A program made the position numbers and the translations under genes. A stretch of 64,000 nt of DNA from Campylobacterota bacterium (GTDB taxonomy: Bacteria; Campylobacterota; Campylobacteria; Campylobacterales; Sulfurovaceae), in the NCBI GenBank assembly GCA_003252535.1, contig QKDN01000046.1, positions 27,183-91,182 on the forward strand, written 5' to 3'. This document shows positions 38,561 to 48,412 of this stretch, one piece after another (position 1 is the first letter of the stretch; every line of letters begins with the position of its first letter). The notes beneath the pieces were generated by a model. That model was not told the DNA's origin, ran no database searches, and saw only the letters and a program-made list of their open reading frames with translations.

Positions 38561-38967
38561 ATTCCCCAACACCGCCCAAGCACGCTCACCGATCACACCG
38601 CCAACCCGCCTTGCCCCAACTCCTGCCCAAAATTGACACCCACCAAAAAGCTCATACCTGACAACATCCCCAACCCCCTGCAATCAAGCACTCCAAGCAC
38701 ATCACAATTAACCATTTTATTTGCTGTTTTACACTGATTATATTGCATTACAGTTGTTTGCCAGATTGAATAGTTCAAATATATGTAGTTGCATCATGTC
38801 ATAAAGCTAGAATATATTAATTCAATCATATACCTCGGGGATGGAAAAAAGGGTACTGTTCCTCGAAAACAGGAACGGCAGACTGACAGAGACCGATATG
38901 GAGAGTGTGGAATTTTACTCGGGCATCAGGTGATACGACCGATACGGGCTGAGTGCCCGTACGGATG

Positions 38968-41900
38968 CTACTCTACCTTTTTCGAGAATTTCAGGTAGAG
39001 GATCGGGAGGATGATCAGCGTCAGGAGGGTGGAGCTGATGAGCCCGTTGATGACGACGATCGCGAGCGGTCGCTGTATCTCTGATCCCGGCCCCGTGGCG
39101 AAGAGGAGTGGGAGGAGACCGAAGGCGGCGATGGTGGCAGTCATGAGGACGGGACGGAGCCGTTTGACCGCCCCTTCCACTACTGTCTTTCTCAGATCAT
39201 ACCCCTGGAGGATGAGGTGATTGAAGTAGTTGATGAGGACGACCCCGTTGAGCACCGCGATACCCAGAAGGGCGATAAACCCGACCGATGCAGGTACCGA
39301 GAGGTACTCGCCGCTGAGGTAGAGTCCTGCGAAGCCCCCGATGAGAGCCAGCGGGACATTGATGAGTACCATCGCCGCCTGTCTGAGCGAACCGAACGAG
39401 ATAAAGAGGAGGATAAACACCAAAAAGAGGGCGAGCGGTACGATCACCATCAGACGGGCAGCCGCACGCTGCTGGTTCTCAAACTCACCGCCGTAGGTGA
39501 GGTAATACCCTGCGGGGAGTTTGACATCCTTCTCTATCTTCTCCTTGACCTCTTCGACGAAGCTCACGAGGTCGCGCCCTTCGACATTGGACTGGACGAT
39601 GGTCTTGCGGTAGCCGTTCTCGTGCGCGATCTGTACCGGCCCTGCGTTCGGGGTGAACCTGACGAAGTTGCTCAGAGGTACCGAAGTACCGTCATCGAGC
39701 GGGTAGTAGAGCTGCGAGAGTTTCTCCAGGGAGTTCTGGATGGCGCCGTCCCCCTTGATCATGAGGCTGATACGGCGCATCCCCTCCTGGACTATCCCCG
39801 CCTCTACGCCGGTGACCATTGCCTTGAGGTAGTCGTTGATCTGCTGCTGGGTGATGCCGTAGTAGGACATCTGCTTCTTGTCGAAGCTCAGCTCGAAGTA
39901 GGAGACCCCTTCGTTGGCTTTCTTGTAGACATCGCTGCTCCCTTTGATCCCTTCGAGGGTCGTTTTGATCTTCTGGGCGATCTCTTCGAGCTTGTCGTTG
40001 TCGCTGCCGAAGATACCGATCGCCAGGTCGCCGCGGACACCCGTGAGCATCTCCGAGACTCTCATCTCGATAGGCTGGGTGAAGCCGTACTCTATCCCGA
40101 CGAAATCATCGAGCACCTTCCGTATCTCTTCGATGACGAAATCCTTGGAGGGCTGGCGCCACTTATCCTTGGGCTGGAGGACGAGGAAGGTATCGGTGTC
40201 GTTGAGTCCCATCGGATCGAGTCCGAGCTCGTCGCTCCCTGTCCTGGCGACGATCTTCTTGATCTCGGGGACGGAGGCGAGGAGCTTCTGCTGCACTTTG
40301 AGGTTGAGGTTCTTACTCTCATCCAGCGAGATGGACGGGAGCATCTCGACCCCGATGATGATACTCCCTTCGTCCATCGTCGGCATGAAGGTTTTCCCCG
40401 TCTTGTAGGCGAGGAAGAGGGAGAGGAGGAAGATCACCACGACCGATGCCAGCACCTGCTTCGAGTACTTGAGGCTCAGTTCGAGGGCAGGTTTGTAGAT
40501 ATTGACGAGTTTGTGGACGAGCCATGACTCCTTGTCGGGTCTCTTGGAGAGGATGAAGGAGCTGAGCACAGGGATGAGGGTCAGCGCGAGTACTAGCGAG
40601 CTGAAGAGGGCGAAGACGATACTCAGTGCCACAGGCTTGAAGAGTTTCCCCTCCAGCCCCTCGAGCGAGAGGAGCGGCATGAAGACGATGATGATGATCA
40701 GTACCCCGGTGACGATGGAGGGAGCCATCTCGATAGCGGCGTTGTAGATGATATGGAGCTTGTTGGTCTCGCTGTGCTTGGGTTCCCCCAGCTCTGCCGT
40801 GATATGCTCGACCATGACGACCGCGGAGTCCACGAGGATACCGATGGCGATCGCCAGACCACCGAGACTCATGAGGTTCGCGCTCAGACCGAAATACTGC
40901 ATCGCTATGAAGCTCATCATCAGCGCGAAGGGGAGGATCAGCGCGACGCTCAGCGCCGAGGCGATATTGCCCAGCATCACGAGGAGGATCACGAGGATCA
41001 GGATCACCGCTTCGACCAGCGCTTTCTTGACCGTATGGGTGGCGAGATCGACGAGCTCGGAGCGGTCGTAGAAGATATCGATCTTCGCGCCGTCGGGGAG
41101 GATCGCCTGGAGCTCTGCTATCTGGGCTTTGACCTTTTCGAGTACCTTGGCGGTGTTGGCGCCTTTGAGACCCAGTACGAGACCCTCTACCGCTTCACCT
41201 TGGCCGTTCTTGCTGACGAAACCGGCTCGGGTGAGGTGGCCTATCTCCACCCTGGCGATCTGGTCGACGGTGATCACCTTGTTGTCCTTCTTGATCACCG
41301 GGAGGGCTGCGATCTCATCGAGGTTCCTGAGTTTCCCTACGCTTCGCACGAGGATACTCTCGACACCCTGCGAGACGCGGCCGGTACCGTCGTTCTGGTT
41401 GTTCTCTTCGAGGGCTTTCATGAGCTGGTCGAGGGTGATCCCCATCGTGCGCATCCTGTCGAGATCGGGGGTGACCTGGTAGGTCTTCACCTCGCCGCCG
41501 AGGGCATTGACCTCAGCGACACCTGCTACGGAGCGGATCTTCGGCGCGATGATCCAGTCGAGCAGCGATCGTTTCTCCTGGAGGGAGAGGGTATCCGACT
41601 CGATGGTGAACATCAGGATATCGCTCAGCGGCGTCGAGATGGGGGCGAGTCCCCCTTCGATATTGGACGGGAGGGAGCCTTTGGTATCATTGAGCCGTTC
41701 GGTCACCTGCTGTCTCGCCCAGTAGATATCTGTGCCGTCCTCGAAGTCGATGGTGATATCGCACAGACCGTACTTGGAAGTAGAGCGCATGATCGTCGCA
41801 TGGGGGATACCCACCATACCCATCTCGATAGGGATCGTGATACGGGACTCGATCTCTTCGGGGGTCATACCGTTTGATTTGATGATCATCTTCACCTGGG

Positions 41901-42030
41901 TGGGGGAGATATCGGGGAAGGCGTCGATGGGGAGTTCATTGTACGACTTGACCCCAAACCCCAGTATCACCACGGCCAAAAGGGAGAAGAAGAGCCTCTG
42001 GGCGAGTGCGAATCCTATGAGCTTATTCAT
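38968..42030 (-). CDS. heavy-metal efflux RND transporter (CusA/CzcA family)
   Basis: 1020 aa, 12-TM RND topology, HME-type conserved N-terminus. Confidence 0.85.
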   Translation of the reverse strand: MNKLIGFALAQRLFFSLLAVVILGFGVKSYNELPIDAFPDISPTQVKMIIKSNGMTPEEIESRITIPIEMGMVGIPHATIMRSTSKYGLCDITIDFEDGTDIYWARQQVTERLNDTKGSLPSNIEGGLAPISTPLSDILMFTIESDTLSLQEKRSLLDWIIAPKIRSVAGVAEVNALGGEVKTYQVTPDLDRMRTMGITLDQLMKALEENNQNDGTGRVSQGVESILVRSVGKLRNLDEIAALPVIKKDNKVITVDQIARVEIGHLTRAGFVSKNGQGEAVEGLVLGLKGANTAKVLEKVKAQIAELQAILPDGAKIDIFYDRSELVDLATHTVKKALVEAVILILVILLVMLGNIASALSVALILPFALMMSFIAMQYFGLSANLMSLGGLAIAIGILVDSAVVMVEHITAELGEPKHSETNKLHIIYNAAIEMAPSIVTGVLIIIIVFMPLLSLEGLEGKLFKPVALSIVFALFSSLVLALTLIPVLSSFILSKRPDKESWLVHKLVNIYKPALELSLKYSKQVLASVVVIFLLSLFLAYKTGKTFMPTMDEGSIIIGVEMLPSISLDESKNLNLKVQQKLLASVPEIKKIVARTGSDELGLDPMGLNDTDTFLVLQPKDKWRQPSKDFVIEEIRKVLDDFVGIEYGFTQPIEMRVSEMLTGVRGDLAIGIFGSDNDKLEEIAQKIKTTLEGIKGSSDVYKKANEGVSYFELSFDKKQMSYYGITQQQINDYLKAMVTGVEAGIVQEGMRRISLMIKGDGAIQNSLEKLSQLYYPLDDGTSVPLSNFVRFTPNAGPVQIAHENGYRKTIVQSNVEGRDLVSFVEEVKEKIEKDVKLPAGYYLTYGGEFENQQRAAARLMVIVPLALFLVFILLFISFGSLRQAAMVLINVPLALIGGFAGLYLSGEYLSVPASVGFIALLGIAVLNGVVLINYFNHLILQGYDLRKTVVEGAVKRLRPVLMTATIAAFGLLPLLFATGPGSEIQRPLAIVVINGLISSTLLTLIILPILYLKFSKKVE

Positions 42031-43111
42031 CGCTCTCTCCGAGGAGGTTCTTGAGCACCGCTACTGATGTGGTCGCGATCTCATGATCGAGCTCCGGGGA
42101 ATGGGCGACATAGTAGTAGCCGGTCTCTTCGCCGATGATCTTCACAGTGTAGGAGTCGAACCCTTCGCCGTTCTTGATGAAGACGATCGGTTTCCCTTTG
42201 TGATAGATCAGAGAGGTCTTGTCGATCATCAGCGCGTCGGCGTTGAGGTTGATCGAAGCTGTGGCACGGTAGCCCGAGAGGAGCGCGATGTCCTTGGGGA
42301 CGAGTATCCTCACATGGCGCGTCTGGTTGACCGGGTTGACGGTGGGAGAGAGCTGGAGGATGGTGGTATCGAAGCTTTGCTGCGCAAGGAGGATATTGAC
42401 CACCTGTCCCTCTTTGAGATTGACGAGCCTTGAGGCTTCGATATCGGTCTCGAGCCAGAGCTCACCCTCTTTCTTGATGATGAAGAGGGCTTCGGAGGAT
42501 GGGGTGGTCTTGCCCGGTGAGGCGGTGAGGGCGATCACACGGCCGTCGACCGTGCTGACGATGGGGATGGTGGGGGAGAGGATGAGGTCGCGCAGGAGCG
42601 TATCGATCATCTCATCGCCCGCGCCGTAGCTGTGGAGGAGCGCTTTGGAGGCTTCGATCCTGATCTTGTCGGCCTCGAGCTCGGCGTTGGCCGCTTCACA
42701 CTCTTTTTTGGGGATGATGTTCTCGTTGCACAGGAGCATCTTGCGCTTGGAGGCGTTGGTGTGGTGGCGCAGTTCGATCGCCTCGGAGATCGCTTTCTGC
42801 TGCGCTTCGATCCACTCCGTACCGCTCACTTCGGCGAGTACCTGCCCCGCTTTGACCTCTTCATAGTTGGCTATGAAGAGCTTTTTGACATTGGCATCAT
42901 AGGGGAGGGAGATCGTGGTGAGGAGCGATGGAGGGGTCGCAACCTCGAAGATGAACTCTCCGAGCGGGAGCGTCTGCACCGGCGTAGGGGTCTGGGTCTT
43001 GATCTGCCAGTTGGTGCGCTGCTGTTCGCTGAGGGTGATCTGGGCTGCATCGAGCGATCCTGCCAGCAGAAGGATGAGCGATAATGGTTTGATGAGTGAT
43101 GGGCGCTTCAT
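42023..43111 (-). CDS. RND efflux periplasmic adaptor (CusB/CzcB-like)
   Basis: 362 aa, signal peptide, membrane-fusion-protein architecture, overlaps cusA-like start. Confidence 0.75.
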   Translation of the reverse strand: MKRPSLIKPLSLILLLAGSLDAAQITLSEQQRTNWQIKTQTPTPVQTLPLGEFIFEVATPPSLLTTISLPYDANVKKLFIANYEEVKAGQVLAEVSGTEWIEAQQKAISEAIELRHHTNASKRKMLLCNENIIPKKECEAANAELEADKIRIEASKALLHSYGAGDEMIDTLLRDLILSPTIPIVSTVDGRVIALTASPGKTTPSSEALFIIKKEGELWLETDIEASRLVNLKEGQVVNILLAQQSFDTTILQLSPTVNPVNQTRHVRILVPKDIALLSGYRATASINLNADALMIDKTSLIYHKGKPIVFIKNGEGFDSYTVKIIGEETGYYYVAHSPELDHEIATTSVAVLKNLLGESDE

Positions 43112-43113
43112 GA

Positions 43114-44298
43114 TTAGTCCTTTTTTTCTATGAGCGAGTAGAGTGTGAAGAGCGACTGGTAGTACTCTTTCTGAGTTGCATAGAGCTGTTGTCTGAGTTC
43201 ATAATATTTCTGTCTGTTGAGCAGGTACTCGATCACCGAGCTCTCGCCGAGATCGTAGCTTTTCTTGATCAGCGGCAGCAGCTGGGTGCGGTACTCCTCG
43301 ATATTAGTCCTGATCGCATCGATCATCTGCGCCTTGGTGCGGAGGTCGTCGCGGATATTCTTGATCTGGCTTCTCTTCTGGTGGATCGTCTCTTCGTACT
43401 TGTAGGTCGCCGCCCGTTCGTTGTGCATTGCGGCTAGGCGTTCCTCCTCGGAGCGTCTGGAGGTGAAGTTGAGCGGGATGGAGACCCCTACGGTGTACCG
43501 ATCCATATCGATCTCCTTGTCGCGGGAGAGGGTGAGGTTGACGGAGTCTATAGGGGCGCTGTGGCGGCTGATGGCCGTCCTGGCGCTGTCGACCCGTTTT
43601 TTGTACGCTTCGGTCGTGAGGGTGAACTGACCCATCGGCAGTCTGACATCCGCAGTGATGGGGTAGGTGTCACGGCAGGAGAGAGTAGCATTTTCGTTCA
43701 GGCGCACCTGTGATAGGAGATAGCGTCGGGAGTTCTCCTTTGCCATCCGGCTCGCTCCCAGCTGTGCGAGGAGCTGCTTCTTCTCGATGGAGAGCTGCAA
43801 GAGTTCGGTTCTCGATATCTCCTGGTACTCGTATGCCTTCTCCTTGTTTTTGTACAATGTCTCGAGATCGTTATAGTTCTGGAGGAGACTCTGGTACTCC
43901 CTGGCGTCGATACAGTGCTGGTGGTAGATGTTCTTGATCGCCTGGGTATAGGTGAGGAGCTGGGAGCTCTCTTCGAGGATATCGGCTTCGTTGTTGAGCC
44001 TGTTGATACGGCGCTCTTTGTCTATGATGGAGCCGAACTTGATGTTCTTGGCAATCCCTACGGAGCTCTCGTATTTTTTCGGAGCATTGAGGGGCATCGC
44101 CTTGGCTCCGTTCATGAAGAGCTCGATAGGATCGGAAGAGGTGTCGGCTCTGTTCTTCGCTTCGAGGGCGAGGCTCTTCTGATCGAGCGAATTGGTAAGT
44201 CTGTTGTATTTCTTGCTTGCCGCTATTACTTTGTCGAGCGTGACGGTCTGCGCTGCGAGCAGACCGGTGAGCAGCGCGGCGATCATAAGGTATCGCAT
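43114..44298 (-). CDS. outer-membrane efflux protein (TolC/CusC family)
   Basis: 394 aa, signal peptide, two coiled-coil repeats. Confidence 0.7.
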   Translation of the reverse strand: MRYLMIAALLTGLLAAQTVTLDKVIAASKKYNRLTNSLDQKSLALEAKNRADTSSDPIELFMNGAKAMPLNAPKKYESSVGIAKNIKFGSIIDKERRINRLNNEADILEESSQLLTYTQAIKNIYHQHCIDAREYQSLLQNYNDLETLYKNKEKAYEYQEISRTELLQLSIEKKQLLAQLGASRMAKENSRRYLLSQVRLNENATLSCRDTYPITADVRLPMGQFTLTTEAYKKRVDSARTAISRHSAPIDSVNLTLSRDKEIDMDRYTVGVSIPLNFTSRRSEEERLAAMHNERAATYKYEETIHQKRSQIKNIRDDLRTKAQMIDAIRTNIEEYRTQLLPLIKKSYDLGESSVIEYLLNRQKYYELRQQLYATQKEYYQSLFTLYSLIEKKD

Positions 44299-44522
44299 GG
44301 TGTTCCTTTGTCTGAAAACGGAAGGGCATCTCTAAAAACTATACCATACTCAAAATACAAATGTGACAAGCCATGCGCCAAACCCTTGAAAAGTGGGAAA
44401 AGCGTTCGCATGGCGCTGGAGCATTTGTATTTTGGGTGGGCTTTTAGAGATGCCCGGAAAATATTCTTCATATACGGTGTTTGCCACCGTACAACGCATC
44501 TATCGAAACAGTGTGAAGAGTA

Positions 44523-44825
44523 TCAGGCTATAGGGGGCTTGTAGGAGGTACCGATGTCCGGGGACGGGGAGGGGAAGGTATAGTCGCTCGTGCGCTTCGA
44601 GCTGTCGATGGACTCTACGGCAGGGTAGGTCACTTCGACGATAGCGATATAGTGGAGGAGGTTGTGGACTTCGCTCAGCTGTACCGCTTTGGGTTTGGCA
44701 TCATGCGAGGGGGAGGTATGGGCATAGATCGTCCTGTTCTCGGTATCGATCATCGAGATGACGATATCATGCATCGCCGAAAACGACAATACGACCAGCA
44801 AAGCACGGATGACAAACGACCGCAT
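44523..44825 (-). CDS. small secreted protein
   Basis: Start at MRSFVIRALLVVLSF signal peptide; about 100 aa. Confidence 0.4.
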   Translation of the reverse strand: MRSFVIRALLVVLSFSAMHDIVISMIDTENRTIYAHTSPSHDAKPKAVQLSEVHNLLHYIAIVEVTYPAVESIDSSKRTSDYTFPSPSPDIGTSYKPPIA

Positions 44826-45139
44826 AGACTCCTCCTTTTTAATTGATGTCAGGCACTTTTTGAGCAAAGCCCAAAAAGCGACAGGGACAAATGTCCCTAC
44901 AACTCCCTGAAGCTAGCCGCACCTTTCGGGTGCGACAGAACAACCGACCATTTCCGCCCTTTTTTACAAAAGTGCGGAAAGTCAGTTTTTTATTTAGCGA
45001 ATTATAAGAAAAGATAACTTTTTTTTTAGCTTAGGAGAATATCTAATTAAATAATTTATCTGGGTTTAAGAAGAGTAAATACACATTTTTTTGATAGGAT
45101 TTCATACAAAATCATACAGGCTCTGTCAGGAGAAGATGC

Positions 45140-45823
45140 ATGGCGTACAAAGAGACAAGACTGAAGATACTGCTCCTCGAAGACGATGGCAGTATCGGTG
45201 AGATCGTTTCAGATTTCCTTGAAGAGTGCGGCTACACCGTCGTCCTGGTCGAGGATGGGCACGATGCTGTGGACAGGGCGTATGAAAGCCATTTCGATCT
45301 CTTCATCTTCGATGTCAAGGTTCCCTCCATGAGTGGCTTTGAAGTCCTCAAAGAGATACGGAGATCACAACCCAAAACCCCTGCGATCTTCATGACATCG
45401 CTCTCAAGTATCGATGATATCTCCAGGGGATATAATGCTGGATGCGACGACTACATCAAAAAACCGTTCGAGCTGCGGGAGCTGGAGTTGCGGCTTGAGA
45501 AACTGATAGAGAAATCGTTCGCACTGAGCGACAACAGGATCAGGATCACCCCGGAGTGGTCGTTCGAGCTCCACAGCGGGAAGCTCACAGGGGCCGAGGG
45601 GGAGATGTACCTCTCCAACAAAGAGTCGAAGATCGTCAAAACGCTCCTCTCCAACCAGGGCGCGCCCGTATCGCATGAGCAGCTCATGAACGAGGTGTGG
45701 GGGTACGATGACGAAGTGAGCAACGAAAACCTCCGGACTCACATCAAAAAACTGCGAAAGATTCTGGGCAAAGAGGTGATAGTGAATATTCGCAAACAAG
45801 GATATATGATTGCTGTCGGCTGA
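45140..45823 (+). CDS. OmpR-family response regulator
   Basis: 227 aa, receiver (D-D-K) + winged-helix trans_reg_C. Confidence 0.85.
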   Translation: MAYKETRLKILLLEDDGSIGEIVSDFLEECGYTVVLVEDGHDAVDRAYESHFDLFIFDVKVPSMSGFEVLKEIRRSQPKTPAIFMTSLSSIDDISRGYNAGCDDYIKKPFELRELELRLEKLIEKSFALSDNRIRITPEWSFELHSGKLTGAEGEMYLSNKESKIVKTLLSNQGAPVSHEQLMNEVWGYDDEVSNENLRTHIKKLRKILGKEVIVNIRKQGYMIAVG

Positions 45824-46976
45824 AAAGCGTTCGCTGCTCCAATTCGTCTCGGTCTTCGTAGGGCTCAACACCCTTTTCCTGATCACCCTTTCGATGCTCT
45901 ATTACGACGATCAGAAGAACATCTATATGCAGATTCGTGAAAGCGCCATGACCAATTATGCGGAGACTGCCTACGAATCGATCTACGATCTGGACGATAT
46001 CAACAGGACTGAGGAGTATCTTCTCCACGATTCCAGGTTTGATACGGCGCTGCTGGACAAACAGGGGCGCGTGCTTTACGCCACGGCGGATGATTTTGGG
46101 ATCACTCACAGGCAGGGGTTCTTCGGGCAGGGAAGATATTTCTTTTATGTGAATACGATAGAGCTTGACAGGATCAAAAATGTCCGTTACCTGGCTCTCA
46201 GGGGCAAAAATATCGATGCTGAACTTACCAAGACGAAGGAGATGCTCTATGTATTCCTCATCGTCTCGATATTATTTTTCGGCGTGACGATCTATATCCT
46301 CTCACGGCTTTTTCTCAGACCGCTTCGGGAGTATATCGAGCTCCTAGATGATTTCATACGCGACGCCGCGCATGAGCTCAATACTCCCGTAGCAGTTCTA
46401 TCAATGAGCCTGGAGCGGATCAGGAAGGAGGAGTTGGGCGAGAAGAATGCCAGAGCGCTCCGCCATATGCAGCTGGCGACCAAAACACTCGAACACCTTT
46501 ACGGCGACCTGAGCTTCCTGATAGCGCAGCCGTCCGATGATGAAGAGTCCGATATCAGGGTCGACCTGCTGGTTCTGGAGAGGGTGGAGTATTTCATGCC
46601 GCTTGCCGATGCCAAAGGTATTTCCTTTGTCACGAAGCTCCGCGGGACGACGATGAGGATCGACAGGCTCGCGCTCAACAGGATCGTCGACAATCTCATC
46701 TCGAATGCTATCAAATACAACAGGAAGAACGGGAAGATCGTTATCACTCTCAACCGCCACGCTTTGAGCGTCATTGACACGGGGGTCGGGTTCGAGAGAG
46801 GGCTGTTTAAAGAGATATTCAACCGCTATCAGCGGTTCGACAGTGCAAATGGCGGATTCGGTCTGGGGCTCGATATCGTCAGAACACTGTGCGACCGGTA
46901 CGGTATCACCATAGCGGTCAGATCGAAAATACAAAAAGGGACGATCTTCAGACTGTCGTGGAAAAGTTCACGGTGA
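45810..46976 (+). CDS. sensor histidine kinase
   Basis: 388 aa, two TM flanking a periplasmic domain, HisKA (HELNTP) and HATPase_c (DTGVG...GLGL). Confidence 0.8.
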   Translation: MLSAEKRSLLQFVSVFVGLNTLFLITLSMLYYDDQKNIYMQIRESAMTNYAETAYESIYDLDDINRTEEYLLHDSRFDTALLDKQGRVLYATADDFGITHRQGFFGQGRYFFYVNTIELDRIKNVRYLALRGKNIDAELTKTKEMLYVFLIVSILFFGVTIYILSRLFLRPLREYIELLDDFIRDAAHELNTPVAVLSMSLERIRKEELGEKNARALRHMQLATKTLEHLYGDLSFLIAQPSDDEESDIRVDLLVLERVEYFMPLADAKGISFVTKLRGTTMRIDRLALNRIVDNLISNAIKYNRKNGKIVITLNRHALSVIDTGVGFERGLFKEIFNRYQRFDSANGGFGLGLDIVRTLCDRYGITIAVRSKIQKGTIFRLSWKSSR

Positions 46977-47048
46977 GTTCACTCCTGAGGGTATACAATT
47001 CGGTTAACACATGAAAATGTGTATCACTTTCCCCAAAGGACTCAAACA

Positions 47049-47216
47049 ATGAAAAAATTACTCGCTCTTCTTCTCGTTCTCGGTTTCTCTTCGGCTTTTG
47101 CTGCTGATATGAAAGCGGAAGCTGCACCGACTGCAAAAAAAATGGTCAAACATCATACGCACAAGCACCAGCATGTAAATACTGCAAAATCAGCCCCTGC
47201 TGAAGCGAAAAAGTAA
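47049..47216 (+). CDS. small secreted His-rich protein
   Basis: MKKLLALLLVLGFSSAFA signal then HHTHKHQH motif. Confidence 0.4.
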   Translation: MKKLLALLLVLGFSSAFAADMKAEAAPTAKKMVKHHTHKHQHVNTAKSAPAEAKK

Positions 47217-47315
47217 ATACCTGTTTCTATCTCTTGCTCCCGTTGATAGAAACTGGGTAACAACTCCTCCAGAGCGGAGAGAAAAACCTACCCCCATAAG
47301 CGGTCTTCTCTCCTG

Positions 47316-48257
47316 TTACCAAACCCCGAAATCTTTCTTCTCTTTATTAAGTTTATCGTAGTCCACCCGCAGATTCCCGATCGACTGTTCGAGCGGTATC
47401 TGCTGGTCTATGTGCCATTGCATCGACTCCCTGTACTCTTTGGATAGGGTATAGCCGGTGCTGGCAGAGACCCAGGTGTAGTCGACCAGCCGTTCGGTGT
47501 TGTTGCCGCAGAGCTTGCTGTAGCTCTCGGGGAGTTCTCCGGTGAGGAGCAGCAGGGTCAGGCCGTTGCCGTAGGCCCCGATCCTGTACGGGTTCCCGGC
47601 GTCCCTGATCTCGTCTCTGAGTCCCCTGGCATAGTCGAGGACATGGAGGCAGACCCTCTTGCCGCCGAGGGTGTTGCCGATACTGTAGTCGAAGTCGATG
47701 CCGAAGTAGATCGCGCTCCCTTTGGGCTGGGAGACGCTCTTCGCCTGTTTCAGGGCGTACTTCGCATCGAGCCGCCCTTCGTCGTAGGGATTCTTGGCGA
47801 CTGTCGGCAGGACGCACCCGGTATCGTTCGCAGTGTCCGGAACGGGGAGCAGGTCGGAGCAGACCACTTCGTTCTGCACGATGACCGGGTAGCCTTTGCT
47901 GTCCTTCTTGCCGAATCTCCCTGTCAGTTTGCACGGGGAGTTGCTGTTGTACTGGTAGACCGACAGGATGCCCAGACCGTTCTTCTTGATCTGTGCGGCT
48001 TCGGCGGGGTTGTCGACCAGGCGCTTCTGGGGGAGGTTGCTCTGTGCGCATCGGCCGTAGTATCGTCCTACGACAGCTACGCCATGCTGTTTCAGATCGG
48101 TGAGATACGGTGATGTATCGGTCGATGTGTCTACGACGAGACCGCTGATGGTCTGCGGCTCATCGGGTGTGGAGACGACCGTGCCGGCGGGGGTCTTTCT
48201 CACGCATCCGGCCAGTAGCATCGCGGCGGCGATGAGTCCGATCATGGTTTTTTTCAT
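47316..48257 (-). CDS. lipoprotein, possible glycoside-hydrolase-like (DUF1906-type) domain
   Basis: 313 aa, lipobox LLAGC; weak family assignment. Confidence 0.35.
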   Translation of the reverse strand: MKKTMIGLIAAAMLLAGCVRKTPAGTVVSTPDEPQTISGLVVDTSTDTSPYLTDLKQHGVAVVGRYYGRCAQSNLPQKRLVDNPAEAAQIKKNGLGILSVYQYNSNSPCKLTGRFGKKDSKGYPVIVQNEVVCSDLLPVPDTANDTGCVLPTVAKNPYDEGRLDAKYALKQAKSVSQPKGSAIYFGIDFDYSIGNTLGGKRVCLHVLDYARGLRDEIRDAGNPYRIGAYGNGLTLLLLTGELPESYSKLCGNNTERLVDYTWVSASTGYTLSKEYRESMQWHIDQQIPLEQSIGNLRVDYDKLNKEKKDFGVW

Positions 48258-48412
48258 TTTTTCACCTCTAGTGTTTTCTTGTTTATTATATTGAAATATA
48301 TGTCAGATAACAAGAATTTTATATCATCAGAAATGAATTGTAAAAGGAGTTGACAGAGCAGGATTCCCGATCGGGTCGGGAATGACGGAAAGGATTAATA
48401 GTGAGGAGAAAG

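Larger units (their letters stand above)
17241..38752. mobile_element. Mu-like transposable prophage-like element lacking head genes (approx 21.5 kb); proposed termini 5'-TGTACTG...CATTACA-3'
   Basis: Contains CI/S24 repressor, Ner-like, MuA-like DDE transposase, MuB-like ATPase, Gam-like, GemA-like, lysis and sipho-type tail genes; GC about 60% vs flanks; repressor about 260 bp from the high-coordinate end as in Mu; both ends begin TGTA.TG and carry ATGGTT(G/A)ATT and CGCCAAA-core repeats; no matching 5-bp TSD found so exact ends uncertain. Confidence 0.55.

Noticed and set aside
44868-45139. Hairpins (CGCACC-TTTC-GGTGCG; TTTCCGC...GCGGAAA + T-run) upstream of the response regulator
   Set aside because: These could be an attenuator or a terminator of an unseen transcript. 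With no upstream + strand gene and no computation available, I left them unannotated.
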